From contig NW_003314263.1 of assembly GCF_000143415.4 (NCBI RefSeq), positions 2,420,041-2,484,040 of the forward strand: a DNA stretch of 64,000 bases. The letters are read 5' to 3'. Below are positions 25,301 to 38,765 of the stretch, one piece after another; within the stretch, counting starts at the first letter, position 1; each line of letters begins with the position of its first letter. A program made the translations under genes and the position numbers. Below the pieces are notes generated by a model. It saw only the letters and a program-made list of their open reading frames with translations. It ran no database searches and had not been told where the DNA came from. Origin of the DNA: Selaginella moellendorffii (Eukaryota; Plantae; Lycopodiophyta).

Positions 25301-28300
25301 CCCTTTGCACCAAAGTGTTCAAGTTAGATATGCCAAGCTTTCACTCTAAGCAATCTAATTGTATATCACGACTCTGGGGCATCCCCCACTTAGCAGTGTG
25401 CCCAAGCCAATCTCCTCATTAAGAGTTTATAACCACCAAAATATGAGTGTCCTCATATTCCAAACAATCACCACGCCCTAGTGATTTGGGACTCAAACCC
25501 AAGCACTAGAGGGTTGGGACTTGAACCCAACCTCTGTATATGCATCTATGGATAGCATCACTCAGGATGCCTGGTGTGACTCCCCACGCCAGTGCACCAA
25601 TTTATATCTAAAGCACGCTACGGATCATAGCTTAGGAACTTATTCCTGCCACATTGCCAAGTCCTCTCACTTGACAAATCTATGATCATGCATGGACTCC
25701 CCCATGCTTGGCCCCATGGGCCACCCCTTTTGAAGTTAGCACCTTCCATTAAGGGATTTGTTCCCCTGACTTGCCACTCTCGCTTAGCAAGTCATCCGAC
25801 CAATGTAATATGCTTTCATGCATAAGCATGAAAGTCATTGACCATCGACTTTCGTTCAAAGTCATCCCTTTGAACACTCGGGAATTACTTCTCCAACCTT
25901 GATAGCATTACCTTATGGCAAGCTTCAAGACCATGTTTTTGCTGCGCCATTCTGATTTTGCACATTCTATAAACCATTTACATTTGGCTTTTTAAGTACT
26001 ACACTATTTAGAATTGTCTTTGGGAACTTTGAAAGAACTCTGTCCCTTAGCTTGTTAAGGCCTCTCTTTTCGCAAGCCTTCCAATTGCCATATGGTCTAG
26101 CATGGATAATTCCATGCTTTAGACTCTTCATGGCATCACAATTGTTAATAATAATATGCTCGAACGCCCACTTGATTCTTCACTTCTAATTGACATAACC
26201 ACCCTTGGTTATGCTCTTCAATTCTTATGGTTTGGTTCTATCCTTTTACTACTTGTTTTTGGCCTTACACATTTCCTATGGTTATTTGCCTCAAAACTAA
26301 AAGGATAGCTTTGCACTTTCTACCATGCCTTAGCAAGTATTCTTGGGGATGAACTTACTTAACAGCTTAGGGAGTGGTTCCTCAATCCGGGTATGCTCAC
26401 CTTATAATCCCACACATCAGGATTAATATATGGGCCTTTATATGCCCATCACTAGCCTTGCCAAAATTCCATTTTTGGGTTTATCCAATTTAGGTAGATG
26501 GACTTCTCCTGTCTTTGCAACCTTGGACATTTGGATAGCATCTTCTATCCATCATTCGCTAGGGACTTAGTCCCTTAGGCCTTATCTATTACCCTCACTA
26601 CATCAAACACCACCTCCTAGTGTTCTAGAGTGTTTGGGTGTCCTAATAATGGCTTCTTTGACAATGAGCATTCCCTTTTACGATATTGACTTACTATATC
26701 GGCACATAAGCAATTTACCCCCCATAAGGGTATATTTAACTTCCTTATGCCATTAAGAAGTTTTGGGTAGCTACTTGCTACCAATTTAACTAATTATTTT
26801 GCACCTTTTGCTTAGTTGCCTCATAGTTGTCAAGTCCTACAACTCATCGTTGGTGCTTTCACACCTCTATTATTATCTGGGTCACCACACTCCAATTGCA
26901 TGCCTTCCAGCTTAGGCTATGCCATTTTCATTTCCATTAGGATTCCTTTGGGAAGGGGTTTTCATGAACCCGCCAACTCACCTTAAGGCATCACGCCTTG
27001 GCACCTTCAGTGTCTCCACGCGATCAATTCCACGAGCCTACCTTTATAACACTTCTTACTTGTGTTTAGGTCCTTGCCAAGACTAATACAATTCTTTCTC
27101 ATACCAACTATCCGTTAGCACTGCACTGTAGAGTTTACTCACAACTTTGTGTCAAAGTTGTTTTCTTCTGGGAACACTTTCCTTACAACTTTAGTATGGC
27201 ACATTTCGCCATCGATGAAATACTCACTATTCTCATACTTATATCCTATGATCTTCCCCAACCTTCATGGGGCACAACACACCTCAGTCTAAATGCTTTT
27301 AGCAATCCCTTAGGACCATTCCTTGACTCTACTTGAGTCATCTAGCATCTTTTTGGACTTTAAAATTCAATGACCCATAAAGTTTTATTTGAAGTGCTAA
27401 CTCATTGGAATACAACTTCTTGTATTCATATCCTACTCACAAGGACCATCTTTGAAAGTGTCACTCCAACACTTGATGTTGTTCCCTTGGGCAGCCTTTG
27501 CCCCTTAAGACTATTTGTCCATGTGATGAGAATACCAACTCATCCTCTAAGTACATCCCCAACTCCTTGGGTTGTTCTAGCATTTATCAAGGGTAGCCTC
27601 GACTACCATTTCAAAGGACTTGTGTCCTTTTCCGTATTTGACCTTCCACACTCATTAATTTTGGTCTCAAATTTATGAGCACCAACCTCAACTATATGAG
27701 GAAAATCTTGTGACTCCTTTATTGTTTTGGAGTCTTTATTTTTCCCGTGATCCCAACTATAGTTGTTTACCACAACTACATTAGCCAGTTTGCGGAGTCA
27801 AACGTTCATCTGGATCACATCCTCAACTCTTTGAGGAAAACTTTATACTGTTCCCAAGATATTGAAGTCGTTCCATTATTGGCCCTTTTCTATCCACCAT
27901 CTCACTTACAAGTTCACACATGAACTGTAGTGGAGAGCCATGTCTTCCCGACCTGCTACTCCTCACATATAGGCCCACTCCTAGGACCTTTCGATGCCAA
28001 CACCAGTGGTCATATACTTGAGCATCAATAAAAGTCAGACTAAGGAATAGCTTCAATACCAAATTGTAAGCGACTAATTTTTCCATTCTACTTTAGTCAC
28101 TTAACTACACCTCCGACCACTTGGAGGAGTCTCATTCACATCCTCCTTAAGTCTAATTCAGGACTTGGGACTTGCTAGCCCCAAGAATAATATCCATGCC
28201 ACTCATCCTTTGCACTTGGTCCAAGTGCTCCACGTGTCCGGTCCCAAGACCGACACCCCAAGTCTCTCAATGACTGGGCCATCCATTCAGGAGTGACCAT

Positions 28301-29376
28301 CCAAGGTCCACTCCTTAGCATCCTTAAGATGCCTACAGATATAAGGAGCTGCCTTCCCCAATATCCCTTTTACAGTCCCCACCAAGTCCCTTTTCCGTCC
28401 ATGGTCGAATTTGCCTACACTGCCACTGGGATAAAGCCTATTGGCCCGACCACTAAGTCCCACTGTCCTCTGGGACTTTCTTACCACATGACCATATCCT
28501 TGGTCACCACACTAGAGGATTGCTCCTCTTCCATTCTATAGTCTGGGACTTTGGGACAACATTTCGGAACACTGTGGCCTTACGTGAGCCTCGTGGGTAC
28601 TCTTCCCACTTTCTGCCTTTGGGCTTAGAGCAAGGTTCCGTTAGGCCACGCCAGGTATCCAAGTAGGTAGTGCCACCCACACTTGGACTGGGAGCATCGA
28701 CCATTCAATCTCCTAAGGGAACTAGAGCTAGCTCTTGAACACTCCACCAAGCTACCCCACTTGACAGTCCATATTCACTCTAGCCTTGGACCTCCCATTA
28801 GTTATCCTGTCACCCAACACCTGGGTACAGCCTTACTGGGCCAAACTAGCCTTTCCTGGCCAAACTGGCTCCACTGGAGTCCTTCCCCTTACTATACTTT
28901 TGGAGTTCACCAAACCCCCTAGGGTCTGGGAGACGAACACTTTGGGCTTTCACCCTCTCAGACTTAAACTCGGACTCGGACTCGGACTCGGGCTCGGGCT
29001 CGGGCTCGGGCTCGAGCTCGGTCTCAGCCTCGGCCTTGGTCTCGGTCTTGGTCCCGGTCTCGGTCTTAGTCTCGGTCCCGGTCTCAGTCCCGGTCTCGGT
29101 CTTGGTCTCGACTTCGGACTCCATCTCGGGTCCATCTCGGACTCCATCTCGGTCCATCTCGGACTCTATCTCGGACACCATCTCGAGTCCATCTCGAACT
29201 CCATCTCGGGTCTATCTCGGACTCCATCTCGGACTTCATCTCGGGTCCATCTCAAACTCCATGTCGGACTCCTCCTTTTAGTCCGAACGTGTTATGCTCA
29301 TTTGGCTTTTGCTTCAGCCACTACCACATGACACCCTTTCGGCTCCACTTTGAGGCTTAGGGATTTGTGTCTCACA
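22397..29376 (-). mobile_element. Structurally complete LTR retrotransposon (probably Gypsy-type) with decayed 4-kb internal region
   Basis: LTRs 22397-24019 and 28065-29376 (TG...CA); 5-bp TSD ATTAA on both sides; PBS TGGTATTGAAGC (tRNA-iMet-like) at 28050-28061 on the minus strand; PPT-like GGGTGGTGGAG next to 24019; no long ORF. Confidence 0.93.
23365..23790. repeat. Minisatellite inside the LTR: CTCGGN hexamers grading into CTCCATCTCGGA 12-mers (also at 28965-29270 and 30405-30830)
   Basis: Directly visible tandem array; length differs among the three LTRs. Confidence 0.92.
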
Positions 29377-29408
29377 ATTAAGAACCATATTTACCAGTTG
29401 CTAAATGC

Positions 29409-31054
29409 TATAAATGACTAAATTTTCCATTCTACTTTAGTCACTTAACCACACCTCCGACCACTTGGAGGAGTCTCACTCACAACCTCCATAAGTCCTA
29501 TTTCGGACTTGGGCTTGCTAACCCTAAGAATAGCATCCTTGCCACTCAACCTTTGCACCTAGTCCAAGTGCTCCATATGTCTGATCCCATGACCGACACC
29601 CAAGGTACCACCAACATACCAGCCCGTTACGCTAGGCCGTGCCCATTCACCTTGGTCACACCAGTGGTCTAACACCACCTGCATCATAGTCCCATTTCTC
29701 AAGGACTAGGCCATTCGTCCATGAGTGATCATTCCAGATCCACTCCTTAGCATTTTTAGGATGCCCATAGACATGGGGAATAGCTTTCCCCAATATCCCT
29801 TTTCCGGTCCCCACCAAGTCCCTTTCTGCCCATGGCCGTGTTTGCCAACACTGCCACTGGATCGAGGCCCACAGGCCCGACCACTAAGTCCCACGGTCCT
29901 CTGGGATTTCCTCACCACCCAACTGTATCCTTGGTCACTACACCAGAAGACTCCTCCTCTTCCTTTCCACAGTTTGGGCCTTTAGGAAAACATTTCGGAA
30001 CACCGTGGCCCTATGCAGGCCTCGTGGGTACTCTCCCCACCTTCCATCTTTGGGTGCTCTAGCCATGGGCTTAAAGCGAGGTTCTGTTGAGCCATGCTAG
30101 GTATCCAAGTAGGTAATGCCACCCACACTTGGATTGGGAGCATCGGCCAGTCGATCTCCTGGGGGAACTAGAGCCAGCTCTTGAACATTTCACCAAACTA
30201 CCCCGTTTGTCAGTCCGTGTTCACTCTAGCCTTGGACTTCCTAGTGGTCAGTTCATCACCCAACACTGGGTACAACCTTCCTGGGCCAAACTGGCCTTTC
30301 CTGGCCAAACTAGCTCCACTGTAGTCCTCCCCCTCACTATACTTTTGGAGCTCACTAAACCCCCCAGGGTCTGGGAGATGAACGCTTTGGGCTTTCACCT
30401 TCTCAGACTCAAACTCGGACTCGGACTCAGACTCGGACTCGGACTCAGACTCGGAATCAGGCTCGGACTCGGGCTCGGGCTTGGTCTCGGCCTCAGCCTC
30501 AGTCTCGGTCCCGATCTCGGTCTCGGTCTCAGTCCCGGTCTCGGTCTCAACCTTGGACTCCATCTCGGGTCCTTCTCGAACTCCATCTTAGATTCCATCT
30601 TGGGTCCATCTCAGACTCCATCTCGGACTCTATCTCGGTCCATCTCAGACTCTATCTCAGGTCCATCTCGGACTCCATCTCGGTCCATCTCAGACTCCAT
30701 CTTGGACTCCATCTCAGACTCCATCTCGAGTCCATCTCAGACTCCATCTCCGGGTCCATCTCGAAGTCCATCTCGGACTCCATCTCAGGTCTACCTCGGA
30801 CTCCAACTCGGGTCCATTTCGGACCTCCACGTGTCATGTGTTGGTCCTTGTATGTCCCTTTCTTAGAGACTCACTTATTACTTGTTTCGTGCTTGTTCCT
30901 TGAGCACTTCGTTGAGAGTTCCACTCCCATTCTCAATCTTTCAAGTCGGAACTTTTAGTCCAAATGTGTTACGCTCGTTTGGCTTTTGCTTTGGCCACTA
31001 CCACGTGGCACCCTTTCGGCTCCACTTTGGGGCCTAGGGATTTTGTGTCTCACA
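29409..31054 (-). mobile_element. Solo LTR of the same family
   Basis: Full-length homology to LTR 22397-24019; own 5-bp TSD AATGC (29404-29408 and 31055-31059); terminal TG mutated to TA. Confidence 0.92.
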
Positions 31055-32429
31055 AATGCCTGCAAAATTAAAACCAAATAATTTTTAAGAGACATTATTG
31101 AGCGGAATATAAAATTTGGACAGTTGATTATATTTAAAGACGCATGGTCCATAAATACTTAAACTACACGACTATAACATTAAAAAATTAAAATATAACT
31201 AAAACCATATCTATAAATATGGTTGTATATATAAAAATTTATATGGAACACTATATCTGAATTGTGCTTAAAATTATGTGAACAAAATTGGTAAATATTA
31301 GTTTCAAAACTATATAGGTATCAGTAAATTATATAGAAAGATATATGTACATTTATTCTCAAAATACAACTCAATCATACTCAAAACTATACAAGAAACC
31401 ATTCCTTATGATTGCTAAATAGGGCATAAATCATGATGAAAACTATATACAAAACCATTAGTGGTTGTGGTCCCAAAACCAATGCATTAACAATTAAAAA
31501 ACTAGTCATAAAAGTCACATATGGTTTAACCATAGGCATAACCATCTTGTTTTGGTACTAGTTATAGTAAAAAAACCATGTTGATGAGCGTGTTGTGGTT
31601 GTGGTGCTGGGTAACACTATGCGGCATGGCCTCTGGCAGCCAGATGTCTTTCCCATGGAGATGAAGGCCAAGGTGTTGGAACCTTTGGTGGATCAAAGCT
31701 GGAAAAATCAAGGTACTTGATGATGGAGAAGAAAATTTGTGCACCTTGACTTGAATCATGATTTACTCCACAAGCTGCTGTGACAGCCATCAAGGCAATT
31801 TTGACACTAAATCATCTTTGCGACTGGCAAGAGCAGCGTTCTAGGAGCAGTGGCTCATGGTGCTATCTTAAATATCCTTGCAAAATATTTCCACTGTGCA
31901 GAACACACAATACCCATTCCTCATTGAAATGACATCAGTTGCTCTCACTCACTTGTTTTCTTTTGCATCTCCGCTCAGTGAGCTGTTGAGCTTCTTTAGA
32001 TTATCATTTGGAGGAAGTAGGGAATTCACAGCATGGTGAGTTTTGGAGTTGAAGTGTTGTTGGGATGTTAAGTATGAAGCTCAAATTGCAGATGCATTGT
32101 ATTTTTCTGGTATGTTGTTCTTGTGGTATTTTTTTCCCCAATATTTCTGTGGTACAATGTGGCTTGGTTTTTAAGGAGTTTAACGCATTTCCTCATCCAT
32201 TTCTCGTCACAGGGTCTTTTAGTGGTAATAAATTCCCACTCGCAGATAATATAAGCAAGGAACCAGTGGTTTCCAGAAGCCGAGTTTATTCGTCCCCAGT
32301 TTTTAAGTTGGAAAGTTGTGGGAGGGAGACTGCACAGGTGATGGAATTCTGCTGCTGTGCTCACCAGCAAAACTTGAGCACCCGAGTTGGATTGACTGGG
32401 GATAAGAAACTGGGAGGCTGTATCAAATG

Positions 32430-32777
32430 TCATCCTAGCGTATGCCGAAAACACTTAAGCAAAGAAGTTGTTTCTTTTGATGATCTATCCAGAGAGATTG
32501 CTTCTCGTGGAACATTTTGATCAAGGGGTTTGTGGATGCCGGGAAGCAGCACTGGCCCTGGCATGGCATTTGGAAGAAGCAAAGGGTTTCGTTTGATGCA
32601 ATAAGACGTGCTCGCAAGAAACACAATGGTCACTCTATTTTATACAAACAGACAACCTTGAACACACAAAGCACAGGTTGTCTATTTTTGCAAAGTTGAA
32701 AGGTGTTCTCCCAGAAAAGAGCACAATATTAACTCTTGGCCTTGTAGATCGGAATCATACTGTTCTTCACTTTTTTC

Positions 32778-32845
<68 letters not shown>

Positions 32846-33330
32846 TACCGTTTTGAGCAGCTGTTCTTCCATCCAGGCATTTGCTGTATTGGTTCAATTT
32901 TGCTTAAACACCAGCGACCTTCACGACATAAGAGCTAGATTGATTCACAGTGAGCACCACAATGATCGCTACCTCGCCAATCTCATCGTCCAAAAGTATG
33001 GGGAGCTGTGGGGTGCTCGACGGATCTTCGCTGGCTCTTGTGGAACATCTTGCTGGGAAAAATCGGTTGAGCGGAGATCCAAGAGGGATGTGGTCGCATG
33101 GAACTTGATCCTCGCAGAGTATGCCTAAATCGCTCATTCAAAAGAGATGTTTCTTTAGATGATCGAGGAATGTTTTGATCAAGGTGGGTTTGTGAATGCC
33201 ATGCGAGGAAGCAGCAGTTGCCGGGACAAGGCATTTAGAAGATGCAAAAGTTTTAATTGACGGGATGAGCATCGTCTTGTCTCTTGTACGGCGTTGATCC
33301 AGGCGTTTGGGAATAGAGGGCTCCTCTGCC
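32430..33330 (+). pseudogene. PLS-class PPR gene remnants (shorter relics at 42680-42870, 51840-52040 and 60520-60900)
   Basis: LIHSEHHNDRYLANLIVQKYG...ARRIF, RDVVAWNLILAEYA, SCTALIQAFG. Confidence 0.72.
32781..32842. repeat. Compound (CT)n(CA)n microsatellite
   Basis: Directly visible. Confidence 0.95.
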
Positions 33331-33584
33331 GATCTTTGATGGGATCCGGGCGATCTTGTCACCGACGTCTTGAAAGATCTTAGATTCTATCCGCAATCGC
33401 CCAGTCAATGCGCTCCTGGCGATGGGTGCTGCATATCATTCTATTCCCGCCCGGACGTGATCTCCAGGATTTGCGAAGAAGAAGCTCGTCGATCAGATGC
33501 GCGATGCTGGCGCGCAATTGATTGGGGCTTTTCCCGCTACATTTTCCCGCCCGGGTTCTTTCTTGGAGAGGACGTAGGTTTTCT

Positions 33585-35726
33585 GCCAAAAACTCCTGCA
33601 AAAGCTGAGGCTTCTAGGACAGCAAAAATTGCCGAGGTGAGCAATGATAGTGGAGCAGAGGATTTATATGATTCGGGAGTAGAAAGTGGAGCAATCGATG
33701 GTGGGGAAGAAGAGGTAAACAAGATCATGACTGGAGGAGGAAACGATGCCGAGGTGGAACGAACAACAGTGGTGGAGAGCTCCATTGAGACTGTCAGGAA
33801 ACATGGCGAGGCTGTTTCTAGCGCCTTAGCTGGACTTTCAATCAGAGGTAGTGCCTTGACCCACGGTAATCCCGTTAAGATGGAAGCTGGTTGTGGTTCC
33901 GTGAAAGCTGAAGCTTCGGTTTCGATCGCAGCTGGATGTGATCCTACGAAAGTAGATGGCTTGGTGAAGATGGAAGCTGGTTGTTTTACATGCAGAGAGG
34001 TGGTGGCTTCTCCAAGAGACTGAAGTTGCCGGGTACTCGACGTCCAGGGGATGCCGGATTCGTGTTGGCGAGTTCGTGTCCTTCAATTTTCCCAAGCCTG
34101 AAGTCGAAAGTAAGAAGAAATTCTTTGAGCACAAGAAGGTTCGGCCGAAAGCGAGCTCCGACATTGTAAGGTTCTTGACAAAAGCTTCAGGAGAGGTACG
34201 TTTCACTTGACTTGTTTCTTCGTTTTAATTCTAACCATTTGCTCACAGATAGGACGGCTTCCAGCCGACTGGGCCAAGTGTTTGATACCTTTGGGAAGTG
34301 CAAAATGGCACCAGAGGCTCTTTCTCTTATGAGCAGCGTAGTTCTCCATTTGAGGTAGAGTTTTCTGTGTTTACCAGAGACGTTACGTATATGATGTGCT
34401 TGCAGAGTTTATATCAACAAGTCAGAAGCCTTACGAGGAGGGGGATGAGCGCGGATTGAAGCTTCTGCAAGCTATGTTGAAGCCGTTAATGCTTCGAAGA
34501 ACAAAAGATTCAACTTATAAAGAAGGACGGTAAGCATTTTTTTTCTTTGCACCGTGCCTTGTCTTGTATTCACTCACAAGTTGGATTCACAGACCAATTC
34601 TTGTTCTCCAACCGGCTCAATGTGAAGTTATTGAATGCAAACTATCTGAGCCTGAACGTGACTTTTATGATGCCCTTTACCACAGATCTAAGGCATGAAG
34701 AACTTCTCTTTCTTTTATTTTCTCTTTTTTCTGAACACGTTTTTGCTTTTGTGATCAGGTAAAATTCGATCAGTTTGTTGAACAAGGCAAGTTCTTCGTT
34801 GAAAAAGCTGGCTAGACGTTTCTTGGACAAGAATTCCTCCCAGGTGCCTTCGACGGCGTATGTCAAAGAGGTATTCGTAAAGGAGCAAGTGCTGAGTGCC
34901 CAATTTGTTCGGAGATGCCAGAGGACGCAGTTCTTACATCGAATGTGCCGTGAGTGCCTATTTAATAGCTGGTGTACTAGCGCCGGAGGTCCCTGTCCAA
35001 TATGCGAGGTAACATTTTTTTTTTCTCGAGCTCTTTTCCATATCCATAGCTATCATGCAGGCGTTCCTGTACGAAATAGGAACTCATAACTGTACCAAGA
35101 AGTAATCGGTTTCGAATAAATGTCGAGGAGCAGTGGAAGGAGTCGTCCAAAGTCGAGGCTCTGCTGCACCACCTCCAGACGTTAAGTGAGGCCGGGTCGA
35201 AAAGAGTTGTTTTTAGTCAGTGGACAGCGTTTCTCGACTTGTTAGAGATACCATTGAAAAGGTACGAGCGTCTTTCCTTTTGGTGCTTTCTCTTTGTTTG
35301 TGTTTCTAACAATGCACTGCCAGGAAGAACTTCTGTTTCGTCCGCTTGGACGGAACACTATCGCAGCGTCAGCGAGAACAAGTGCTCAAAAACTTCAGCA
35401 ATATTCCAGCCGTGGCCGTAAGCTTTTTGTGTTGCTTACCTCCAAGAAACCACTCTATTTTGTGGACAGGTCATGCTCATGCTTTTCTCATGGTACGCGC
35501 TATAGTTTTCTTTTTTAGCCATCTCTCCGAGTCGAGAATGTGGACGATCGAGCATCGGTCAGACGATCATCGTCAAAGTAAGCGCCACTTGAAACTCTCT
35601 TTGACGTTTCTCATGTCTCTAGAGCAGGACTCGGTATGCAACAGGTCCAAGCGAGGAAGCAGCGATTGATCGCGGGGGCTCTCACAGACAAAGTGAATCG
35701 AGGAGCTCAAAATGCTATTTAGATGA
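33585..35726 (+). pseudogene. RAD5A: RAD5A-like SNF2 helicase/E3 ligase, internally deleted copy 1 (HIRAN, part of ATPase, RING, HELICc)
   Basis: DIVRFLTKASGE|IGRLP; KPYEEGDERGLKLLQAMLKPLMLRRTKDS; RING ECPIC...HRMCRECL...CPIC; SSKVEALL, VVFSQWTAFLDLLEIPL, RLDGTLSQRQRE, ELKMLFR*; introns retained. Confidence 0.9.
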
Positions 35727-35817
35727 GAAAAACTGGAGTCCTTAGCATTTTTTTAACTTATATAGTTAAAGAGGGGAATATGCTTCTAGCATCGGCGCGT
35801 ATATTCTTCGGATAGTT

Positions 35818-37616
35818 TTTCCGCCTTGACTGCCACTACTCAGGCCGAGGATGAACTGGGCGTGGATGTGTCGTCTCCCAGCGGCGATTTGCTACTCCAT
35901 TTTCTCAAGAGCGGTGGGGGTGACGAGCAGCTGAGGAGCAGTAGCAGCTACAGGACCCAGCAGTCGCAGCTCACCGTCCCTGCCACAGCTTTGCTCCTTC
36001 TGGAGGACCTGGAGGAGGAGGAGAAGGTCCTGCACGACCACTCTACGTCCCAGCAATAAGATTTGGTGGGTGGTCACCTCACTTCCAGCAGCACCAAGAC
36101 CCACTTTTCCCTTCGGATCCATTCTTGACTCCGTCGGACCACTGATTTCTACGCTCGTTTGCTCCTCTTCCAGTCGAGAGACCGTTCCATCCGCCAGTGC
36201 CGTATCCTTTTCCAAATGCTCCGACTTTCCAGCCTGCTGATAATGTGGTTCATCCGCCGCATTCCTCTGGGGAGCTTAAAGCTCGTCCTGCCCTTCACTT
36301 CGAGTCTCCGGTGCTTGGACCCAGCGCAGCAGAGACCTCGGACTCCAAACGCGCCCCAGAGCAGCCGAGGAGATCGGTTACACCTGCGAAGGATGACAAG
36401 CAACAATTCCACGGCAATGGTTCCGAGCTCCTTCAATTGTTACAGGGTGGTCCTGGTCGTGTGAAGCCCACAGCCTCCACAAAGGTGGATGCTACACAGG
36501 ACAGTGGGGATTCTGGAGAGCCATCAAAGAAAGGAAGTCCATCTGCTGTTCACGGCCCATGTCGTTTCTCCTCCGAATGACCTCCTTGGACGTTTGTGGC
36601 CTGCTCTTCCGTCGTCAAGCCACACTTTGTTTGGCGGAGAAAGCGAACGCAAGACGTCAGCCCGGAGCTTTGGCGTTGAAGTGAACGATATGTCCCGGGA
36701 AGTCGATGGAGGTGGAGCTGCTGGTTTCGCACTTTTGAAGCGAAGGGGATCGGAGCCTGCCGCCTCGCACCACCTTTAAACGACTTCGACTATAACGACT
36801 CTAAGACAAATGATAAGCCGAGGACAAACTCAGCATCCGGAAGACTACAGGACTATCGTGGGAGATACGTAAATGGAGAGGCCGAATTTGAGCCCGGAGG
36901 CGATGACTTTAGAGGCTGACTCAAAGGCAGCATTTCCAGCGGAGAAAAAACCGGACTACAAGGTTCCAAAGGCACGGTCTTTGGCATCTCAACTTGGCAT
37001 CTCAACTTGAACGTCCAGGCTTGCCATCGGGAAGTACGCAGAACTCTTCCGTTGGTGCGGCTTTTGAGGAGTCCAAACAGAGGCTCCATAATCTAGATGC
37101 TTTGGAAGGAGAAGGCGTGACGACCTCTCTAGATCTCGAGGAGCTACAAATTGACGGTCACCGTCGTCAGGGTAAAGCTCCACAGTTTTACAAGGTTTGT
37201 GCTTGCTTTTTTTCTTTCTTTATTTCCATGTGTTTGTATCTCTGGTTGCAGCCGAAGGAGAACCGTTTCAGGGAGTCCAGACACGTCATTCCCATGCACA
37301 GACGTGATCTTCTTTACCGACTGGATCTGCAGAATTTCACTCGTGAGCTTTTCTGCCTCTACGACGAGCTTTTCTGCCTCTACGACGAACCGAAGAAGGG
37401 GAGGTCCGGAGAAGGAAGTCGAAGCTTGAGTCCCTTTTCGAGAGAGAGCTCCCGGGAACACGGCTCTTTCTTTGCGGATCGTGTGTTAATGCTTTTGGAG
37501 TTTGTAACAGTGACATCGATGTTTGCCTCTCCGTTGATCAGGAAGAACAGAACAAGATCGAGCTGCTTGTTCAAATGGCAACTATCCTCGAGTCAGATGC
37601 CATGTTAAACGTACAG
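35818..37616 (+). pseudogene. URT1: URT1-like UTP:RNA uridylyltransferase, 5' part, copy 1
   Basis: GDLLLHFLK, SILDSVGP, LASQLERPGLPSGS, frameshifted GSCVNAFGVCNSDIDVCL nucleotidyltransferase motif; truncated after NVQ. Confidence 0.82.
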
Positions 37617-37671
37617 GAGGCGTACGACTCAACGTGACTCATGGTACCCATAGTTTCTTATCCGAATTTTT

Positions 37672-38050
37672 AGCCATCCTCGGAGAAAACTTTCCTTTCA
37701 TTGTTCTTGGCAACAAGGTCGATGTCGATGGAGGGAACAGTAGAGTGGTGAGCTCTTTTGTTTCATCTCTCGCCTCACTTTAAAGCTTGTGTGTTTAGGT
37801 TTCCGAGGAGAAAGCCAAGGTCTGGTGTGCTTCCAAGGGAAACATTCCATACTTTGAGGCGTCTGCCAAGGAAGACTACAACGTGGAGGCTGCGTTTCAA
37901 TGCATTGCCAAGAATGCCTTGAGGAGCGAACCCAAGGAACACTTGTAAGTTTTGCTTGTTTCTTCTTGTGATGTTTCAATCTCACATTTAACTTCTGGCA
38001 GCTATCTTCCAGAGACGATCGACATTACAAATAACAATTGATCTACTACT
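37672..38050 (+). pseudogene. RABG3: RAB7/RABG3 GTPase, 3' fragment, copy 1
   Basis: [21 protein letters not shown]|[41 protein letters not shown]; introns retained; N-terminal exons missing. Confidence 0.88.
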
Positions 38051-38765
38051 ACTGTCCCTCTATCGATAAGTGTTTTCGCTTTCAATTTATATGGTTTTTT
38101 TCTTTCTTTTTCTTGTCACTCTCTCCTTTCGCTCGTTGGCCTTGGATTTTTTAACTTCTCAAATACGTTTTTTTTTTTTTGCTACGAAATAATTTTTCTT
38201 CTTCGATCTTGTATCTAGTTACTACTAGTAGTGCGCAAATTGTTGTGTTTGTGTATTATTAAATTTTCTTCGTTTCTAATGGATTGCTAGTTGACGAGAA
38301 TGTGTCACAACATGCCTAGTTTTTCTCGATTCCACAAGTCTGGGTTGCAAATAAGCAAAGGCTGTGATTGACACTGCATCACAAGAGTTTCCAATCCTTG
38401 GCAGCGATGCAACTTCGAAGCTGTGCAACCCTTTCATTGTCTTATTCAGCCGCCAATTTCATTATCCAAAAGTATGGGGAATGTGGCGATGTGGATGGCT
38501 TCCACAAACCAAAGCAATCAGGATCGAGAGAGATCGCTACATTGATCTCGAAAAGTGCATATTCTTAATATTCCTATGTTTTCCATATTTTACCATTTAC
38601 TCTGTACACCAAAACCACGAGAGTAAAGTAATATCCCGAGAATACGATTTGTAAGAAAAAAAGAAACTGTTTCTTCTCCAAACGCTGCTGACGCTGTGAA
38701 ATCTCTGTTTTCGTTTTTTGATGTCCTGCTTGTGATGCAAAATAGTGTAGCATTTGCGCAGATCT

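Noticed and set aside
28065-31054. A single tandem three-LTR element
   Set aside because: The third LTR has its own TSD (AATGC) and is separated by 32 bp of non-element sequence
33370-33580. MKDLRFYPQSP... ORF start repeated three times as a novel gene
   Set aside because: TTG start; it crosses a deletion junction between PPR relic, intergenic DNA and RAD5, and its continuation differs among copies
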